A stretch of 64,000 bases of DNA from the human T2T-CHM13v2.0 reference genome, Homo sapiens. Below the pieces are notes generated by a model. That model had not been told where the DNA came from. It saw only the letters and a list, made by a program, of their open reading frames with translations, and did no database searches. Below, piece by piece: positions 1 through 15,140 of the stretch; within the stretch, counting starts at the first letter, position 1, and each line of letters begins with the position of its first letter. A program made the position numbers and the translations under genes. The stretch lies in assembly GCF_009914755.1 (NCBI RefSeq), contig NC_060926.1; one strand, 5' to 3'.

Positions 1-64
1 CACGTATGTGAAGATTTCTGACTCTTTCCAAACGTTCAAGTTCTGCCTGGATTTCTGCCTCTTC
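1..64 (-). CDS. TLK1: TLK1 coding exon (approx. exon 13, partial): EEAEIQAELERLERVRNLHIR(E)
   Basis: Acceptor AG at 66-65 after a pyrimidine tract; phase 0 continues from the 13418 donor; translation matches the recalled TLK1 coiled-coil; runs off the window edge. Confidence 0.96.
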
Positions 65-528
65 CTGAAAATGAAGAGAGGGGACTATAACAAGCTCAAT
101 TTATTTGCGATATAAAAAAGATATTTTTACCCATGCATCAATGTTTTACAGTGATGGGAAGAATAGTATATTATAAAGTACCACCGAGTTAAAAGACCAA
201 AGTGCTCTTTTCAATGCCGAAAAGATGGAAAGAGATAAGGCAAAAACCTATTTGAAGAAACCATCCTCCACATGAAAATCTATACCTAATGAGATGCTGG
301 GTTTTATTCTGTACTACAAGAAATCTATTTTTATAATGTATATACTGAAAGGTAGTTGAAAACTGACATAACATAAAATGAGCCATTTCTAGTCCATGCA
401 AATTTTAATTTAAGAAGGAATAATTTACTAGTAGAAAACAAATAAAATGAAAATATTTTATAATAGTTAAAAGAGGAAGAAAGAAAAAAGCAGAATGATT
501 CTTCCTACGCCTTACAGCATTTGGAGTA

Positions 529-531
<3 letters not shown>

Positions 532-568
<37 letters not shown>
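532..568. repeat. (CA)n microsatellite
   Basis: Perfect AC run. Confidence 0.95.
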
Positions 569-572
<4 letters not shown>

Positions 573-791
573 GACCACTCACTTGCAATCCTGAAGATAC
601 ATTACAACAAAAAATTTATAGATTGCTGTAGTAGACTCTAAGGTATCAGAGCAGATGTAAATAAATCTTAAAGAAATTTAATAATCAATATAAATATTTT
701 GATAAATACATTTTTGTCTTAAAATATACAACTTTTAGACTAGCCACCAAAACAAGTACACATATCACTCATGTCATTCATGTCATTCATT

Positions 792-794
<3 letters not shown>

Positions 795-823
<29 letters not shown>
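795..823. repeat. (CA)n microsatellite
   Basis: Perfect AC run. Confidence 0.95.
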
Positions 824-826
<3 letters not shown>

Positions 827-877
827 CTTTTTTGTCAATACAAATTTGAATACTACTTAAAAAATGGATAAGACTAG

Positions 878-1227
<350 letters not shown>

Positions 1228-1244
1228 TCAGTGAAAGTTTCTAG

Positions 1245-1520
<276 letters not shown>

Positions 1521-3101
1521 TTAGAATATTTTTAGTACGTAATTTTGAAGTAAAGAAATACAGATCACCTTGGCCTAATGTGTACCCACTAGAATTATAA
1601 ATCTAGACCACGTGGAACAGAAGTTTTTTCTGAATAATGCATTTAAATATTTCATCAGCTCCTTTGCTTCTTTTTAGTAATTTATCTTTTGATATAAAAA
1701 ATTATTTACCTCAAAATATAACTCTGAAATTTACTTTGAAAATATAAATATTATCATTTCATTCAAAGACAGAAAACAGAGGTATAAAGCTTATCACACC
1801 GGTACCTAAGACAGAAATTCAGAGGAATGTTTTAAGCATTATGAGAAAAAACAAATTATATCTCTAAAGATTATGTTGTTTGTACTTCACATTACTCCTA
1901 AGGTTATTATTTTAAAATGAAATTCAACCACGACTTGTTGCAGAGATATTTAATGCAGATTTGATATTACATGGCAAATAGAAAATTTCAAAATAAATTC
2001 AAATGAAGATAAATCTTTCTACAAGTATTGGGAGATTTTCTACAATAGGTACACTACATAGATTCTCTTAATTTAACTGAAATTTCCTCATTAACAGCTT
2101 CGGTCACATATATTTTTAATTTTAATTTTAAAAAGTAAAGTGATATCCTAGGAGATTCAATAATCAAAGTTTCATAAAAACAGGAAGTAAATTTTAAAGC
2201 TTTGAGACAAAAAACTCAAAACATAGCTTAGTTATCATAGTTAGCCATGTAAAACAGATAAGAAACTTGCCTACAGGTTTACCCAGGAGTATGAAAGAAT
2301 TTAAATTAATTTACACTAGAAATGTAGAATCTAGATTCAATTCTAATCTAGACTAGAATCTAGAAAGCAATGACTCTTTCCCTTCATGTTACTAATGTTT
2401 GCTGCTTAAAAACTTAATTTGACTGTCACATGTGTAGGAAGCTACTCAACATTTGGTGGGCTGGTGCAAGTTTAAATAATCTGATAAAATTGTGAAAAGC
2501 CTATTAGAATAAATACTTGTTTTAACTTTTATTTGAAATTGTGGCATGGGGAGACTATTTCAACAGTGAATTTATAAAAGCTAATTTTTACTGAGTCATA
2601 AATAAGTAAGATTCAAATAGGTTGTTGATGAACATAATTACATTTGTTTTATAATCTTCAGATGTCTATACAATGGTAGTAATCAATATTACAAAATAAA
2701 TACTTGTTAAAGAAAGTAAAATATGTATCAGCAAATTAAAGCAAGCTTTTTTTATTTTGCCTCTAAAAACATGACAAATATGTCCCATAAAAATCTTACA
2801 AAATAAAAGCACAAGCAAGTTTCATTCCATTTGAATTGTTAAGTTTACTGGAAGAACAACAAAATGTCAGTAGCACTAGAGAAAAAAAGATGGATTCTGG
2901 GTATTTAGAAGGAAATGTCAAGGGAAGAAACTATGTCTTAAATAGATAGATATAAACCCACCATACTCAGTGAAATATATTTGTCTTTCATCTTGTAAGT
3001 TAGTATTTCACAGTATCTTGGACTTCAAGCAAACTGACACACTTCTGGGGGAAAGGTAACTCTGCTACGCTAAAAATTCCACTAAGAAAAAGTACATATA
3101 T

Positions 3102-3450
3102 TGTGATGGGCTGAATGTCTGTGTTCCCTCAAAATTCATATATTGAAGCCCTTATTCCCTAATATGGCTGCATTTGAAGATGAGGCCTTTGGGAGGTACT
3201 TAGGGTTGGATTAGGTTATGGAGCCTTCATGATGGGATTAGTGGCCTTATGAGAAGAAAGGTTCCCCCACCCCTCCCTCCAAGGAGCACAGAGAAAAGGC
3301 CATGTTAGGATAAAGTGAGAGGGTGGCTATCTGCAAGCCAGCAAGAGAGCCCTTACCCAAAACTAAACTCTGCCTGATCTTGTCATGGACTTCTAGAATA
3401 CATTTCTGTTGTTTAGGTGCCCAGTCTGATATTTTGTTATGGCCAACACA
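3102..3450 (+). mobile_element. MaLR solo LTR (MLT1A/MST-like)
   Basis: tgtgatgggctgaatgt...aaaattcatatattgaagcc start and ...ttttgttatggc end typical of MaLR LTRs. Confidence 0.7.
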
Positions 3451-4823
3451 CATACTTGTAGATAAATGCTAGGGCAATACTGTCTAGCACCTTGTCCTCA
3501 GAGAATGGGGCAAGGCCCAGTTTTGGTTTGGCCCAGGGTACAATAGTTTGAACAACTTATCTTTGCTACAGATCATTTCCAAAGATCTATCCAGTAGGCT
3601 ACATTCTCCTTGCCTGAGACTGACATTAACCTGTGGGCCATCCTCAGAAATAATCTTTTTCCAAGGGTTCAGGAGAAGACAGGATTAACTAGGCTCACAA
3701 TTGATCTGAATTCATCACAGAATAGAATCCTCAAACTCATAGCAAAACTAGGCCAGACGAGTAGACTGAAAGGAGACAATCCAATCAGCTAAGTTGTGCT
3801 TAGTAAGAACACCAAGTTTCAGTCCTGAATTCATACACTAGCTGAGCAGTTAATGAAAGCAGAGAAAATCTAAAAGAAACAAAGAGACAAACAGCATCTC
3901 CAGAAATGAACTGGTCTCTGTAGGCTATTACAATGAAGAAGAGACATAAGTAAGAACAGACTGTATTAAAGAGAGAGGTAAGTTTGGCAATTAAATACAC
4001 AATAAAAGGACATGGCTCTTTTCTGTTCAAACAAAAACTACAATGGAAAATTTAACAATACACACTATAGCTATTTTAACAGTATTTTAAAATAAAATCT
4101 AATACTCACATAAAAAGCCAAGTCAGACAGGTATACAACAGATCTCAACACTGTCTCATTGTTTAAGTAACTTGCAAAAAACACCACCTTCTAACAGTTA
4201 AAATTAAAAAAAAAAAATGTGTATGGATAACTCCCACAGCAACTTCACTAAAAGACTTTGTCCCTCACCAGATCTTCAGCATAGAAATGCTTTCTATTTG
4301 TAATCAAAGTCTCTTATGGCAACATAATATTCCTTTGGCTCAAGTCTATAAGCCAAATGTAGGCTGTAGCAATGTAGAATTTCTGTAAAATTCCAGGTTA
4401 AAAATGATAGGTGGTTCCCATGTGAAGGAGATGTTTTTTAAAAAGAAAAGAAAATGGTAGGTGAATCTGGAGTATTTTGGAGCATTTCTCATAATGGCAT
4501 TTTTTTCAAAAGGCAATTATTAAAAGGTGAAATATGGTAGGCATTAAAACTATAAGGCTTAAAAAGTTATAAAACACATTTTTATATGTAAAACCAATAC
4601 ATTTCCTGAAAAAATTAAACTTGCTAGTTTAAAGTTATTTAGCAAATCCTGAATATATGTTACATATTCTCTCTATCAAAAAACTCAATTTCTAAGAACT
4701 GCCTCGCATAAAGCCAAGATAAAACAGGAAGTATTTTGATGTATTATTCTCAGCGTGCCTATAACCTATGGGAGTTGGTAGAAGAATATAGCTTGGAACA
4801 GTCTATTCACCGTAACAACACTA

Positions 4824-5167
<344 letters not shown>

Positions 5168-5347
5168 TTTAACACCAAATTCACTTTAGTAATGTGAATA
5201 ATATCAATCCCTTAAAAGTTAACATCTCTAAGTCCTAAAAAAATTAAATTTTAATTTCACAAACGATTTATAATGCCATTCTGAAAGTTTACCACCAAGA
5301 AAGGGAAAGGTGAAATCAACAAAAGGCACTATTAAAATCTAATTAAG

Positions 5348-5707
<360 letters not shown>

Positions 5708-5807
5708 TTATTTCGAATTTATCCTTATTATGTCACCATATTATATGCTTTCCCATATTCTAAATATGAATGTGTGAGATATGAACCAACCAAAATAAAA
5801 GCCAGCC

Positions 5808-5833
5808 AACCAACCAACCAACCAACCAACCAA
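5808..5833. repeat. (CCAA)n tetranucleotide repeat
   Basis: Visible tandem ccaa. Confidence 0.85.
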
Positions 5834-6521
5834 AATAACCACCTAGACAAAGCAGGTCTGACTTTTGAAACTATTGCACCATAATCATATTTTTGCTTGA
5901 GAATAATTGTGTAGATTGGGGAGAAGGGTAGGAGAAGGAGAAAAGATAAAAATCATTAAATATTGGGGGCTTTCTTTCCTAATTATATAAATGTTCCCTC
6001 CACCCCTATCCCCAATTACTAAAGTGGCTTATTACTGATGAGAGCATACTGTATCACCTCAGGTGTGTTCAACTAGCTTAGATAATTAACTTAGTACCTT
6101 TACTCAATGTTTTGCTCTCTACACACTTCATTTCCTGTTTTTCTGGGGGTGTGTGGAGGGGTAATGGTTTACTCTCCCTTCAAATGCATAAATACATGCA
6201 TTAATACCCGTAACTTGGAATGACTGTTAAAACAGGCAGGTTTTAATTCTGTCAGTTCCTCTACTTTATTATAACAAAACAAAACAAAAACTACCTCCCC
6301 AGCATCAAATAAATGTTTAAGAATTCAACTGATTGGCAAAATTTAAATATCTGGCACACTTGTCTTAAAAATATTTACAGCTGCTGTATTATAGGAGTGA
6401 AATTAACGTTCAACACTAACCAAGGGGCTGACACCAAGCCTGATCACACACAGGTGCAATGCCTTCGTGTAGTGTACTGCAGTCCTTCTCCCAGTTTTCT
6501 TTCCTGCTTTCCCGCCCCGAC

Positions 6522-6636
6522 TTTTTTTTTTTTTTTTTTGGTAGAGACAAGATTTCCAACTCCTGGGCTGAAGCAATCCTCTGGCCTCTGCCTCCCAAAG
6601 TGCTGGGATTACAGGCATGAGTCACCATGCCTGGCC
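6522..6636 (-). mobile_element. FLAM / Alu monomer fragment
   Basis: poly-T then gtagagac...cccaaagtgctgggattacagg. Confidence 0.85.
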
Positions 6637-6885
6637 TCTGCTTCCTTTTAAACCTAGTCTTCTACATGCTCATTATGCATATGGCATGGATTTACAGTTA
6701 TGATTGGGAAGGGCTGGTAGCCAAGCAACTGTTTTCTCTTTTTTGTGGAAGTTATCTCTGAACTGAATTTACAAATCTGAATTAGTTACAAACCCTGCTG
6801 ATGGCTAACATGACTTCTAAGATTCTTCCCAAAATGTTTTAAATTCCATTGCCTGTATAACAACAGGATTAATATTAAACACTGT

Positions 6886-7218
<333 letters not shown>

Positions 7219-8477
7219 TCACCTCTACATTTTCATTTTGGTAGCTGAACATTATCTACTACCAAGTTAAGGTTGTGTGATTATAAATATGGAAAAATAG
7301 AGCCAGGATAGTTTGCAGGTCCATATGTGAGTAAGAGATAAGAACGTAAACACTGAGTTTTCCCATCTACAGCTAGTTCCATGTTCTCTCACCACAGTCA
7401 TCTTTTTGGGACAACTACTCATTTTTAAATGGAAAATAGTAGTAAGCACAAATTGTAAAGTTAGAATTCCAGCACTCTTCTTGGCACCTTTCTTGCACAT
7501 ACACACACACACACCCCCCTCCAAGAAATCAGGAATCTTTTAACATTCTTCATGGGCTTAATCACGACTTTTTCCAGTATAGTATACTTTTCCCAGAATT
7601 CCACTGAAAACTACTGCCTACACAAGCAGCATCTTGTGTCAGGTTCTACAGAAACATCATGTACAATGTAGTTGGCTTTAATTGAGAGAATTCCTAGAAG
7701 ATTTCTTCCAGTCATGGCTATAAATATAAAGATGAACAACAGGTTTAAAGATTAAGCCCTCTAGCATTATAATGCTCATTATTTTCATATTTTCATTCAA
7801 ACCTAAAGTGACAAAAAATGTCACATATGCAAACTTATTCTTTGTGGTCATACTAAGGGTTTGATAAGTCAGATGACAATGGTGTTCTAGAAAAAAAGAC
7901 CAAAGGGGACATCAAACTTCAAGAATATTTGGGGGTCAATTCACCTAAAGCCAACGCCCTGCATTCTCCACTGTTCAAAAGGCTTGTAGACAATCCATTG
8001 TCTTCCATTTCAACTAGTTGCATGGTCCACTGTGAAGGAGTGAGAAAAGAGCTGTGTACTTGTTCTTGACCTGTAAAGATTTCATCATGGAAGATTAATA
8101 CTGATGCTGCTGCTGCCTGTTACTGGTTGTTTCTCTTTGCAGGTGCCAATATCGGTCAGAGAACAGGATTTCAGTGGCAGAGTTGTTGCTATACTGTTAT
8201 CTCTTCAGAACGGAGGCACAAGGAGAGATGAATGCCACATCGCAAGGAGCAAAGGAGAGAGAGAGAAAGAAATGGTGTCAGGTGGCATGTTGGATGTGAT
8301 TTTTGTTTTAGTAGAGATTGAGATGACTGTAAATTGTTTAGCTGATTCCTTCGGTCTGCAAAGATACATTTGTGTTGGTGCTGATGGTTCTTGACTAATC
8401 CTGTTTCAATTACAAATTGGTTATGTTTTTCAAATAAAACTTCTGGCACTTATATTCAGGGCTCATAAGTCAAATGC

Positions 8478-8480
<3 letters not shown>

Positions 8481-8518
<38 letters not shown>

Positions 8519-8530
8519 AAAACACACACA
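8481..8530. repeat. (CA)n microsatellite, imperfect
   Basis: CA run with interruptions. Confidence 0.9.
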
Positions 8531-11500
8531 TTAAAGCCAATCCCTACTACACTATTTAATACTCCATACTGAGATGTCACACTTTCTAAACACATTCTCT
8601 CCAACTAATCAAATATTTAAAATCAAGAAGACAAAAAAATCTGAAGACAAGAAAATAAAGAGTAACATACCCACATGCTGTTCATATCACAAATTTGAGT
8701 AACAGCAGTCTCAAGACATAGTTACTGGACCTAATAACTTTCAAAATTCTCATTTACTCATCAGTTTGGGGTATTATGACTAATAACTTGTATCTTTTTA
8801 AAAATATAGACATTTCAAGGAAGTTGATTTTGCAGGGATTGTATTTTTAGTTTTATGTGTTAATTTAGTGACAATCCTTGAAAGCAAATCCACACCATCT
8901 TCTTCAACTCCAGAATAAAGATCTGACTATATAATCAACCTAGCAGAGCTTCTGAATCACAAAGATAAATTGTTTTCCCATAATTAGAACTTATCAGAGA
9001 CAGGTATCAAAACCTGATCAACTATAAGAGCAAACTGGTTTTTGGTTGGTTTCCTTGAACCCACGATTCCACATGGGCACAGGTAGATAAAATAGGATCA
9101 TTTAGAAGCTTTGCCTCAAATTAACAACTTTTTAAAGATAGGAAATTAATCTCTTTACAACTACAAGCTTTTATTAAGTAATAACTGGGGAAGTTTGTAT
9201 ATAATTAATGATAACCAAAAAAGTTACTTGTTCCTTTTGAAATAGTTTCAGGAATAATTTGTATAGTCTCCATACATTTTACTATATAGTTCTATTCTAA
9301 GAATTCCTTAAGATATATTTTAAAATTATTTGAGTTTTTATTTAAAAATGTGCTTTTTAAAAAGGTCTTTGTTGACCTTTAAAAATAAATCGAGTGAAAA
9401 TCAATATATTAGTTAATAATAAAGAAATATTGTAGTTGATTCAACAGTCACTAACATAATGCCCAAGGAAGAAAGTATGTGAAAGAGAATGAAAAAGAAT
9501 GTGTATGAAAAATAATTAACTTAAAACTGTTCTCCTTTATCTGTAATGAAAATGAAATAGCACGTTCATCCCGCCACACACCAAAAGAAAACTTAAGGAA
9601 AAGCAAACAGTCCAGTACTTAATAGAGATGCAAGGAAAGCCACAAGTGAATTAATTTTTCTGAATACAAAGAATCAACTTACTATTAATCTACAACAAAA
9701 TAATTCTAGGAATTAACTACATGGGTACAGTCATTGAAATAGGAGTGGGAATGGTTCAAGTTTTGGCTTTGTCACTTACTGGTGGTATTACTCCAGAGGA
9801 AGTATATATAGATCTGGGCTTTCAAAAAGGTGTAATTAATGTTCACTCAAAAATGGTGAAAGCTTCAAAGTCTATAAAAAGTAATATGTAATTCCGTTAA
9901 AATGGGAATTTGAATTATGCCTGTGTCAGGCAGAGTATGGCAATAAGTCACTTAATAAATGGGTGAGCAACGACTGCTTAAACTTGGGAACAACTATAAC
10001 AATAAATATTAGATAAAAGAATTCTTGATACAGTTGAGAGGAAAAAAAGTGACGCTCTGCTGTGATTTTCCTAATCTCAGAAGAGAAAACTAATAAGTCC
10101 ATAAGTAAGTTTACATTTACTTTTTGGTAGTAACTAGAAACACCTATTTATTTTAGCCATGTATTTACTTTTGGAGGTTTCTGCCTGACTCTCATTCCTT
10201 ACTCTATCACACATTGGATAATAGAGTAAGGCTATCTTTGGATTTATTATTTTTCTAACCCTGAAGAACAGCATAAAATATGAACTAAACTTCATGATTT
10301 ATTCAAAGGTAAATATACTTTTTCATATTTTAGTTTAGCTTTTCAATTATAGTGATTATCATTATGAAACACAAAGCATGTCATAAATTATCCACTTCAA
10401 GAAAAAGTAAACAGGTCTTTCTATTCTCCTATGTCCATATGCCATGGGCTTCCTCAATGAACTTTGGTCCTTCAGTGCTAAGAAAGTTAGTCTAATAATT
10501 AGTTCTGCTTAATGTTAAGAATTTATTGAAGGGAGAAAGGGCAAGAGAGTCACCCATGCTAATGCAAGAGTATGCCAGGCTCCAAATCTAAACCGTAAAC
10601 TGACTGGTTATATTTCCTGTGCAGGATACAAGGGGCGTCAAATATTCAGATCCAGCCTATGGTAGAAGCTGTATATTTACAAGTCGGGGTTCATGTCTGC
10701 TTAATAAACCCAGGAGCATAGGGAGCTGATAAGACAGAAGTGATAACATCTTTTCTTTTGACTCAAGCCTGTCCTGTGTTTTAAAAATCTGTTTAATCTT
10801 TTTTAGAAAACAGAATGACCTATTTTCCAACTGTGCTTCAGAATGCCAAATAACTTATTTTTATACATGTAACTTATTGCTTATTATTTTTTAACTGTAT
10901 AACTCAAAAATTAATACTCGGTTCTAAGCAGGCAACTGCTATTTATGCTCTAAGGTGACATTACTTGCTTAATTTTGTTCCCTGTATGTACTACTGGCCA
11001 CTTTCTTTATAATACACTCATTCTTCTCACCCAAAATAGTCTCTCAGAAGAAAACATGGGTATTCATGACATGAGAGTATGTTTCAGCATTACTGTTAAT
11101 CCATTTCCCCAAAATATTCCATGATGAAGGTCAAAGAAAAGAAAAGTTATGTTGTAAATTAGTTAAAAAGAAGATAAAGTTAGAAATCTAAGACTGCTCA
11201 GTAAATTTGATAAAAGCTAGGAAAAAAAGCAGGAAAAAGATTATGGAAGGGATAATTATTGGAAAGAGTAAGTAAATACGAAAAATATAGAAGTCAAACA
11301 CTGGGAAAGAGGAAAATACGAAAGTTAGAAGGTTTAGTGTTCTACAACATTTTACAAATGTCTATATAATATTTGGACACTAAGTATACCTTACTTTATA
11401 AAAGTGTTTTTCACAGAAACCAGTATTTTCAAAGTACCAGGAAAGCTTTAAAACCAACCAACCAAAAACAAAAACAAACCCTCCTTTGAAGCCTTTTCAA

Positions 11501-12901
11501 AGTGTACTTTTTGTAATACAAATAGCCAATTCCTAATTTAACTGCTCTACAATTTCAGATTTTATAACAGATTTTCATAAAATAAGGTGCATATGTAAAA
11601 TGTCATCATTTAGAAAGAGTAATCTGAAATTTGGTATTACACGTGAAGATAATAACCCTTCAGTAAAACTCTCAAGTACACCTTGGAATCACTATAACTA
11701 AGTAAATAAGTATTCCTTTATCACCACAGGCTGGTTAGAAAATAACTGGTAAATCTTTATATGAGACATAAAGCATAGGCCCTTACGAACTCATTATCAA
11801 AACAGTTTAAGTGGGCACACAGATACTTACGACTCATCCTGTACTAAAAATTCCCTTTTCGCTTCCATAGTTCCTTTATATGGTTCTATCACTATTATAG
11901 AACTATTATGATAGTTATATAGCTCCATCTATTATTATAGAGAATAGACTTAAGTTGTCAACTAAGTCTCAAAGCGCAGGAAAAGTAGTCAATAATTACA
12001 ATAGAACAGAATAGAACTACTTAAATAACAAAACCAAAATAAATCACTTTTTAATTCACTGTTCAAGTAGTTTACGTTGAAGCTTTCTGGGCAGTTGGCA
12101 TAGACAGATATAGCATATTAAAGGATACTAATGCAAATTATATATAATAATTTTCTATTCCCTATAAATGGTAGGAATCCCCAGCATATTAATAACATTT
12201 CCAAAACAAATTAGTATGCAGTGTAATAGTAGCTGCTACCAGAATGGGTTTCTCCATCCTACCTCACCCTATCCCATGGAGACAACTTCACAGATACTAT
12301 CTCCAATTAGTTCACTCCTTCAATTTTACCTATAATTCAGCCTATTTAAAAAATTGAAAGAACCTGACAAGCAGAAAGCACAAAAAATTGGGTCAAAGAA
12401 AAAGAACTTTATGTCTGTCAGTAACTTAATTTTGAGGGAAAAAAACCTACTCTATTATTACTACTTCTCTGAAATCATTTGAACTAAAATTAAGACCTGT
12501 AAAAACAATAAACTGATTACAATTTCAGAGTTTACAAACAAGTAGAAAGATACACATTATTTAAAAGTTTACGACAATAACACATAGCAACATTTTTTCT
12601 CAGTTTTATCCCTTTATACTATCACTAAGTGCTTTTTCCTACGTACATCTTCTAATCGAAACATCACACATGCAACAAATTAAAAGATAAGCCAAAGAAA
12701 TAAGTTTGCTATTTATTTACAATTGCTATTTTATTATGAAATGAACATAAACAATATGGAATTTTAGATTTCATCTTTAAAATGAAGTATTTTTTACCAA
12801 AAGGTAGTACTTAAATAGAATAATCTAAAGACCTTGGAAGTCTGTCCAAGAATCATTCCTCCACTATAGGGATATGGTGTGTCACCATCTCAAGATTTTT
12901 A

Positions 12902-13264
<363 letters not shown>

Positions 13265-13324
13265 AGTAACTTTAATGCATCTCTTTTTAATCTGAAATTT
13301 TTAATTTGAAATCTTACTCTCTTA

Positions 13325-13501
<177 letters not shown>

Positions 13502-13597
13502 TTAATTCTACATATTGAGATTAATACTTAGTTTATTAACAACTAGCAAAATATAAAAATCAAGTGGAAATACTAAAATGTGGACAACTTTAAGCCC

Positions 13598-13783
13598 AAA
13601 ATGTATGAGCCAAAAATCCTTTGAGATATTCTTCAGAATATATTTAATACTTTTAGATGAAACAGTTAACTAATTCTACAATGCTTTAAGGAAAATGTAT
13701 GAGCCAAAAATCCTTTGAGATATTCTTCAGAATATATTTAATACTTTTAGATGAAACAGTTAACTAATTCTACAATGTTTTAA
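13598..13783. repeat. 94-bp tandem duplication (2 copies)
   Basis: 13598-13683 reads identical to 13692-13777. Confidence 0.95.
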
Positions 13784-14428
13784 TGAGTACCATTTATCAA
13801 GTGATGTTCTAGAATTTATATTCTAAGGATACAGTGAAAAACAAAACAATTTCTCCTTACATATTAGTTTGAGCGTACACTCTATAGTGGAAGTAAGCAA
13901 GCATAAAAAAAACCACGTGATGAAATAAATAAGTTTAAGTAACAGTAAGTGTCATGAAGAAGGCAAAAAAGGATGGTATGGTAATGACTAATTGCATTAT
14001 GTTAATTTGGACTGGGTGTTAGAGAGGTGACCTTCATCTAAATAACAAAAAGACAACCATGAGAGGACTCTGGGGAGTATATTCTAGACATGAGTTATAG
14101 AAAGTTCAAAACTCTAAGATGAAAATAGTCTTGGCATATAAATAGAAGAGAAAAAAATGGGAGTAAATCAGATGTAGTCAAAAGGGTTGTGAGTAGTAGG
14201 AGAAGCAAGCTGGGGAGACATACTATGTATAGATTTGCAGGCCAAGTCAAGAATTTCAGTTTTACTCTAAGAGTAATGGGAAATCACTGCAAAGGGAGTC
14301 AGTCCAGTTTGGGCAGTTTTTAAAAAGAGGAAAAAAACAAAGACATTTTTCCTTTCCCTGCTTCAGTGTGTTGGGAGTAAATAAGCAAGATAAAAAAATG
14401 CTAAAACTTTAGTCAAAGTACTAAATTC

Positions 14429-14550
14429 TGGCCAGGTACAGTGGCTCACGCCTGTAATCCCAGCACTCTGGGAGGCTGAGGCAGGTGGATCACTGGAGCC
14501 CAGGAATTCCAGAACAGCCTGGGCAACATAGCAAAACCCCGTCTCAATCT
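14429..14550 (+). mobile_element. FLAM / Alu left monomer
   Basis: ggccaggtacagtggctcacgcctgtaatcccagcac; flanked by ctaaattct repeat. Confidence 0.85.
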
Positions 14551-14594
14551 CCCTCACCCCCAAAAAAGCACTAAATTCTTATACTCCAAATATA

Positions 14595-14712
14595 GACATA
14601 GGGTCTTGCTTTAGTGTCCAGGTTGAATTTGAACTCCTGGGCTCAGGTGACTCTCCTGCCTCAGTGTTCCAAGTAGCTGGGAGTACAGGTGTACGCCACC
14701 ATGCCTAGCTAC
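14595..14712 (-). mobile_element. Alu monomer fragment
   Basis: gaactcctgggctcaggtga...gtagctgggagtacagg. Confidence 0.75.
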
Positions 14713-14849
14713 TTCAAAATCTTAATTATAAATAGATACAGGACTTTAAGTCTTGAAAGTGCTTCATGGTTATCTTATTATTTCAAATATTATTACCTGA
14801 CTTTGAAAAGTAATCAGTTTAATGTATGCAGAACTACAACAAGGCTTAT

Positions 14850-15140
<291 letters not shown>

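Noticed and set aside
2316-2365. Cluster of CTAGA/TCTAGA mini-palindromes
   Set aside because: Short, AT-rich and imperfect; cannot be separated from low-complexity slippage
10720-10750. Two nearby GATA motifs as an enhancer
   Set aside because: Short motifs expected by chance; no support without chromatin data
13598-13783. Direct repeats as a CRISPR-like array
   Set aside because: Two abutting copies with no spacers, in a primate intron
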